From NCBI GenBank assembly GCA_963775895.1, contig CAVZKL010000012.1, positions 11,742 to 75,741 on the forward strand: 64,000 bases of DNA, read 5' to 3'. Source of the DNA: Candidatus Bathyarchaeota archaeon (GTDB taxonomy: Archaea > Thermoproteota > Bathyarchaeia > Bathyarchaeales > Bathycorpusculaceae). Shown here one piece after another: positions 60,031-64,000 of this stretch (positions are counted from its first letter, which is position 1; the number at the start of each line of letters is the position of its first letter). A program made the translations under genes and the position numbers. Below the pieces are notes generated by a model. That model did not search any database. It worked only from the letters and a program-made list of their open reading frames with translations, and had not been told where the DNA came from.

Positions 60031-60675
60031 CTATTTTTCAGTGCGAGATTTTCTTGTTCTCATATCTAATATCGTGACATCGCCCTTTGGGGCTAATTCT
60101 TCCGCAATGACGGAACTGAACGTGTACACCCTGGTGCCTTTCACGAGCCAAGAATCCGGAGGCAACCCAGCTTTGAGGCAGCACTGACATAGGAAAGTCT
60201 CTTCGTCCCACTTCCATTCGACTGGCACTTGCGGCAGTAGTAACCCTTTGTAGAAGCTATTCTCGATGATCAAGCCGTCTTGCCCTACCTTGATTTTTGC
60301 GATGTACTCTTTCGGGTTTTTCACTTTCACTTCCTCTGGCGGGGTCAACACGCTGACCTCGAAGACCACGTGATCAAGTTCACGTAGAGTGAGGCTCGGA
60401 AACCGAGGATCTTGCGTCGCCGCATGAATCGCTGAATCTACGACGGCTTCGGCAAGCGGGGCCGTGGGGTACGGATAGCCTATGCATCCTCTCAGTTCTT
60501 TCTCGCCGTTTTCGAACGTGTTTATGGTGACGAAGACTCCGCAGGGTTTGAGCAGATTCTCGGATGTGTCTTCGGGAACTTTGATGTGCCTTCGATTCTT
60601 GAGATACTCTTCGACAGCTTTTCTGGCAAGGTGGACGAGAAATGTGCCTTCATCCTTGCTGATCTCGAATTCCAT
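60031..60675 (-). CDS. AMMECR1 family protein
   Basis: GVFVTI, LRGCIG, DPRF, EVSVLT, GLLLPQV, CLKAGL. Confidence 0.95.
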   Translation of the reverse strand: MEFEISKDEGTFLVHLARKAVEEYLKNRRHIKVPEDTSENLLKPCGVFVTINTFENGEKELRGCIGYPYPTAPLAEAVVDSAIHAATQDPRFPSLTLRELDHVVFEVSVLTPPEEVKVKNPKEYIAKIKVGQDGLIIENSFYKGLLLPQVPVEWKWDEETFLCQCCLKAGLPPDSWLVKGTRVYTFSSVIAEELAPKGDVTILDMRTRKSRTEK

Positions 60676-60747
60676 CTAGGTGTCTCCGATACGAGAGATA
60701 GTGAATGGAGAGAAATTAAAGGTTGAGTTGTGCGAAGAGTCGGCGGT

Positions 60748-61374
60748 TTAGAATTTCATTGATTCTTCCTGTATTCCGTCCTTGGTTATTATCAGGAAGT
60801 CTATGCCGTCGCCACTCATTATGTCTCTACTGACCGCGGATTTCATCGCTCGGACCACCAGCTCCTTCGCCTCATCGGCACTCATGTTGTCTTTGAAGCC
60901 CTCTTCCACGACACCCATGGCAATCTCGGTTCCAGAACCCACGACAGTGTACTTGTCTGGCAAAACCGAACCCAGTGGATCTAGCGAGTAGAGCGACGGA
61001 CCTTCGCCGTCGACTCCGGCGACTATCGTCTGAGTGATAAGGGGGGCCAAGCGCCGACTGAACAGCAGGTTTGACATGAGCTTTGCAGCTGCTCTCACCG
61101 AAATCGGTCTGCCCACATCCAGGTCGAACAGGTTTCCGTAAGCAGACACCTCTCTGATGAGAACCTGCATGTCAGAGACGAGCCCAGCGCAAGCCGCGCC
61201 TATGTGATCAGATATTTTGAAAACCTTCTTCCCTGTCTTGCTCACAATCAAATAGCCGTACGAAACGCGCTTCTCAGAAGCAAGAATAACCCCGTCTTTG
61301 TAAGTCACGCCTACGGTTGTGGCGCCAGGAACGAACATGTAACCATCTTGAGCTTGCTTTTCCAACATAATCAA
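60748..61374 (-). CDS. psmB: Proteasome beta subunit
   Basis: GATTVG..GVILASEKR, AGLVSD, DPLGS, GSG, RDIMSGDG. Confidence 0.94.
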   Translation of the reverse strand: MIMLEKQAQDGYMFVPGATTVGVTYKDGVILASEKRVSYGYLIVSKTGKKVFKISDHIGAACAGLVSDMQVLIREVSAYGNLFDLDVGRPISVRAAAKLMSNLLFSRRLAPLITQTIVAGVDGEGPSLYSLDPLGSVLPDKYTVVGSGTEIAMGVVEEGFKDNMSADEAKELVVRAMKSAVSRDIMSGDGIDFLIITKDGIQEESMKF

Positions 61375-61584
61375 CCTTTTGCGTTTGTATAGACGGACAA
61401 CCTATTAAACTTAATGACAAGAAACCAGAGACATATCCGCAATTCCCAGATTGCTCACAGGCTCGATTTGCGAGTATCTTCGGACGAAGCGTAGGCCCTG
61501 CGGGAAGAAGTGTGGGACTTGTTCCAACTATGAAGAGTCTGAATGCGTCGGATGTCCCGCAACAAAATACTACAAGGGACCCAT

Positions 61585-62064
61585 ATGAATAATGGTCAAA
61601 AAAAGCTGAATTTCCCAAGTGTTTCAGGATCGAACCTTGAAGGCAAAAAGCACAGACTGCCAAATGATTTCGAGGGTAGCCTGAATATCGTCATAGTAGC
61701 TTTCAGAAGAGAACACACTGATTTAATTGAAGGATGGCTAAGCTCCCTCATAGAAATGATTGGGAAGAACACCGAACTGAGATTCTATGAACTACCAGTC
61801 CTGAATGTGGCGTATGCGCCTTTTCGTTGGTGGATCGACGGTGACATGCGTGCCGGCATAACTAACCATGAAGCACGCGAGAGAACAATAATCGTGTACA
61901 CAAACAAAGGAGATTTTAGGAAACGACTAGAAATTCCAAACGAAGAAACAATACACATTTTTCTAGTCAGCAGAGACGGGAGGATCCTCTGGCGAGATCA
62001 AGGGCGTTTCACCGAAGAAAAGTTTCAAAGACTGCAAGACGCCGTGCGCGCAATAAACATATAA
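61585..62064 (+). CDS. Thioredoxin-like (ATP10-like) protein lacking CxxC
   Basis: FPSVSGSNLEG..LP, FYELPV, MRAGI, IFLVSRDGRILW..G. Confidence 0.65.
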   Translation: MNNGQKKLNFPSVSGSNLEGKKHRLPNDFEGSLNIVIVAFRREHTDLIEGWLSSLIEMIGKNTELRFYELPVLNVAYAPFRWWIDGDMRAGITNHEARERTIIVYTNKGDFRKRLEIPNEETIHIFLVSRDGRILWRDQGRFTEEKFQRLQDAVRAINI

Positions 62065-62077
62065 CCACTAAACTGCG

Positions 62078-62878
62078 ATGCGTTGGCTAAGTGTGGGCGG
62101 CGATACTTTGGCTAATCCCTCCATATATTCGCTAAAGGAGCCAGTCATCGAAACTTCAAACCTTGTCAAAATCTACAAGGAAGGAGCAATCAAAGCTGTA
62201 GATGGACTCAACCTGAAAATAGGCAAAGGGGAAATCTACGCCTTAATTGGCGCGAACGGTTCAGGCAAAACCACAACCATCAGCATGCTTACCGGAAGCC
62301 TCTTCCCCACATCAGGCGAGATTCGAGTCCTCGGCTTGCAAGTTCCGAAAAAACGCAGAATTGTCGCCGCTGCAATCGGTGTGGCTCCGCAGGAATATGC
62401 CTTGTACAGCGATTTGACGGTGGAGCAGAACGTTTGGTTCTTCGCCAAGCTCTACAGCATGGACCGCAGTTCCTTCCTAAAAAGACTCGACGAACTTCTG
62501 CCCATCTTAAGATTGGATGAACGAAGAAAAACAGCTGTCTACAACCTTTCTGGAGGAATGAAGCGCAGAGTCAGCATAGCCTGCGCACTCGTACATCAGC
62601 CCAGAATCGTGTTCTTCGACGAAGCAACAGTCGGCATTGACCCTGTGCTCCGTGCCTTCTTCTGGGACTACTTCCGGTCGTTGGCAGAAGCCGGATTAAC
62701 AATTGTTTTGACATCCCACGTTATGGACGAGGCCGAGAGGGCGAACAGGATCGGACTAATGCGAGCTGGAAAACTCATTGAATATGGCACGCCTGAAGAA
62801 ATCAAGCAGAGACATTCGGCTTCTTCAATCGAGCAGGTTTTCCTCAAGCTCAGTGAAGGAGCGGTAGCAGATGAGTAA
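62078..62878 (+). CDS. ABC-2 type exporter ATP-binding subunit
   Basis: GANGSGKTT, LSGGMKRR, FFDEATVGID, TSHVMDEA. Confidence 0.95.
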   Translation: MRWLSVGGDTLANPSIYSLKEPVIETSNLVKIYKEGAIKAVDGLNLKIGKGEIYALIGANGSGKTTTISMLTGSLFPTSGEIRVLGLQVPKKRRIVAAAIGVAPQEYALYSDLTVEQNVWFFAKLYSMDRSSFLKRLDELLPILRLDERRKTAVYNLSGGMKRRVSIACALVHQPRIVFFDEATVGIDPVLRAFFWDYFRSLAEAGLTIVLTSHVMDEAERANRIGLMRAGKLIEYGTPEEIKQRHSASSIEQVFLKLSEGAVADE

Positions 62879-64000
62879 GACTAGGAATTTCTCGCCAAGC
62901 AGGGTTATTGCAGTCACGTGGCGTGTCTTGACGCAAATCTCCCGAGACAGACGCACTATAGCCTTAATGATATTTATACCTGCCATAATCATGCTCATAT
63001 TCGGCTTCGTACTAGGCGGACAAGCGAAAAACCTCCCCGTCATAGTTGACAACCAAGACGCTGGCTACACTGTTCATGTAGGACAAAACTCGACTAGCTT
63101 CAATTTCGGCAACAAGGTTCTGTCTTCACTTCAATCGGATGATCGAGTAAAACTAAGCCAGGGAAGCTTTGACTCAGGAAAGACCGGCGTAGACAACGGA
63201 ACATATTACGCTGCCATAACATTTCCAGCAAACTTTTCCGAAGTATTAATCCTAAGAAATGCTGGACAGAGCATTAACGCGCCAGTCACGATTTACATAG
63301 ATGGAACCAACCCTACGATTGAAGCCACTGTTCTGGCAGCACTGCAGAGTTCCATGCAAAACACGTTCGGCAGCGGAGGGGTTGTTCTCAACGAACAATT
63401 TGCTTTTGGAGGCATTAAGTTCTCAAGCTTGGACATAAGCATTCCTGCAGTGATTTCTCTGGTGCTTACTCAAACAGTGCTCCTCATCTCTCTCATAGTC
63501 ATAGTCAGAGAAACCACGTCAGGCGTCTTATCAAGACTCTACGCCACGCCACTTTCAGCCTTTGAAAGATTGCTCGGATATTCAATTGCGCTTCTCCTTT
63601 TAGGAATGGCAATGACGGGCATCGTCCTTTTCATAGGATTAGGAATCTTCGGAGCAGTCGTCCAAGGGAGTTTCGCTTTGCTGTTCCTCGGGGCAGTCCT
63701 TTATGCCTCGCTCAACATATTCTTAGCTGTATTCCTGTCCAACTTTGCAAGAAATGAGCTTCAAGCAGTCCAAATGGTACCATTGATCACCCTGACCAGC
63801 ATGGCTCTAAGCGGAATGCTCATACCGGTTGACAGCTTCCCAGACTGGGTCCAGACAGTTGCCAGGTTTGTTCCCATGTACTATGCTAACAGAGTGTTCG
63901 AGGGCATAATGCTGAAGGGGTATGCAATAGACAACCTTGCGCCACAGTTCATTATCATCGGAGGAATAGCACTATTGTTCTTTGTCATGGCAGTAATGAC
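62871..64000 (+). CDS. ABC-2 type permease, truncated by the window end
   Basis: Manual read MSKTRNFSPSRVIAVTWRVLTQISRDRRTIALMIFIP..., VRETTSGVLSRLYATPL, LSGMLIPV..PDW; ATG overlaps the ATPase end. Confidence 0.9.
   Translation, partial: MSKTRNFSPSRVIAVTWRVLTQISRDRRTIALMIFIPAIIMLIFGFVLGGQAKNLPVIVDNQDAGYTVHVGQNSTSFNFGNKVLSSLQSDDRVKLSQGSFDSGKTGVDNGTYYAAITFPANFSEVLILRNAGQSINAPVTIYIDGTNPTIEATVLAALQSSMQNTFGSGGVVLNEQFAFGGIKFSSLDISIPAVISLVLTQTVLLISLIVIVRETTSGVLSRLYATPLSAFERLLGYSIALLLLGMAMTGIVLFIGLGIFGAVVQGSFALLFLGAVLYASLNIFLAVFLSNFARNELQAVQMVPLITLTSMALSGMLIPVDSFPDWVQTVARFVPMYYANRVFEGIMLKGYAIDNLAPQFIIIGGIALLFFVMAVM

Noticed and set aside
40165-60675. AmmeMemoRadiSam three-gene cluster
   Set aside because: MEMO1, AMMECR1 and the radical SAM gene are about 10 kb apart from each other, and the radical SAM has a SPASM layout rather than the expected type.

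Overview
Archaeal chromosomal segment, most consistent with Bathyarchaeia (inferred from aRF1, eS8/eL18, SRP19, Rpo3/Rpo10, KEOPS, a proteasome beta subunit, Smc-ScpAB, a crenarchaeal-type TFE-beta and H4MPT C1 enzymes). From about 28.8 to 61.4 kb it is core housekeeping: smc-scpA-scpB, the rps13...gltX ribosomal/RNAP/isoprenoid superoperon, rps15-DHH-pcc1, kae1-bud32-rdgB, tfeB-rlmE, nadC and psmB. The first 28 kb is more accessory. It holds a bacterial-type NAD(P)-dependent methylene-H4MPT dehydrogenase and Ftr flanking a mosaic islet (winged-helix gene, a CAAGGC repeat array, integrase-tail remnant). It also holds a tightly coupled operon (tandem inserted PRC-barrel, MoxR, DUF58, atypical transglutaminase, helical membrane protein, two VWA), zinc-finger membrane proteins, tRNA-Ala(UGC), and a small gene whose 3' UTR can pair with its own ribosome-binding site. 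About a dozen frameshifts, nearly all +1 and including gltX and smc, point to assembly indel errors rather than real pseudogenes. No CRISPR array, rRNA or intact transposase was seen. All calls come from motif recognition by eye, with no database search.
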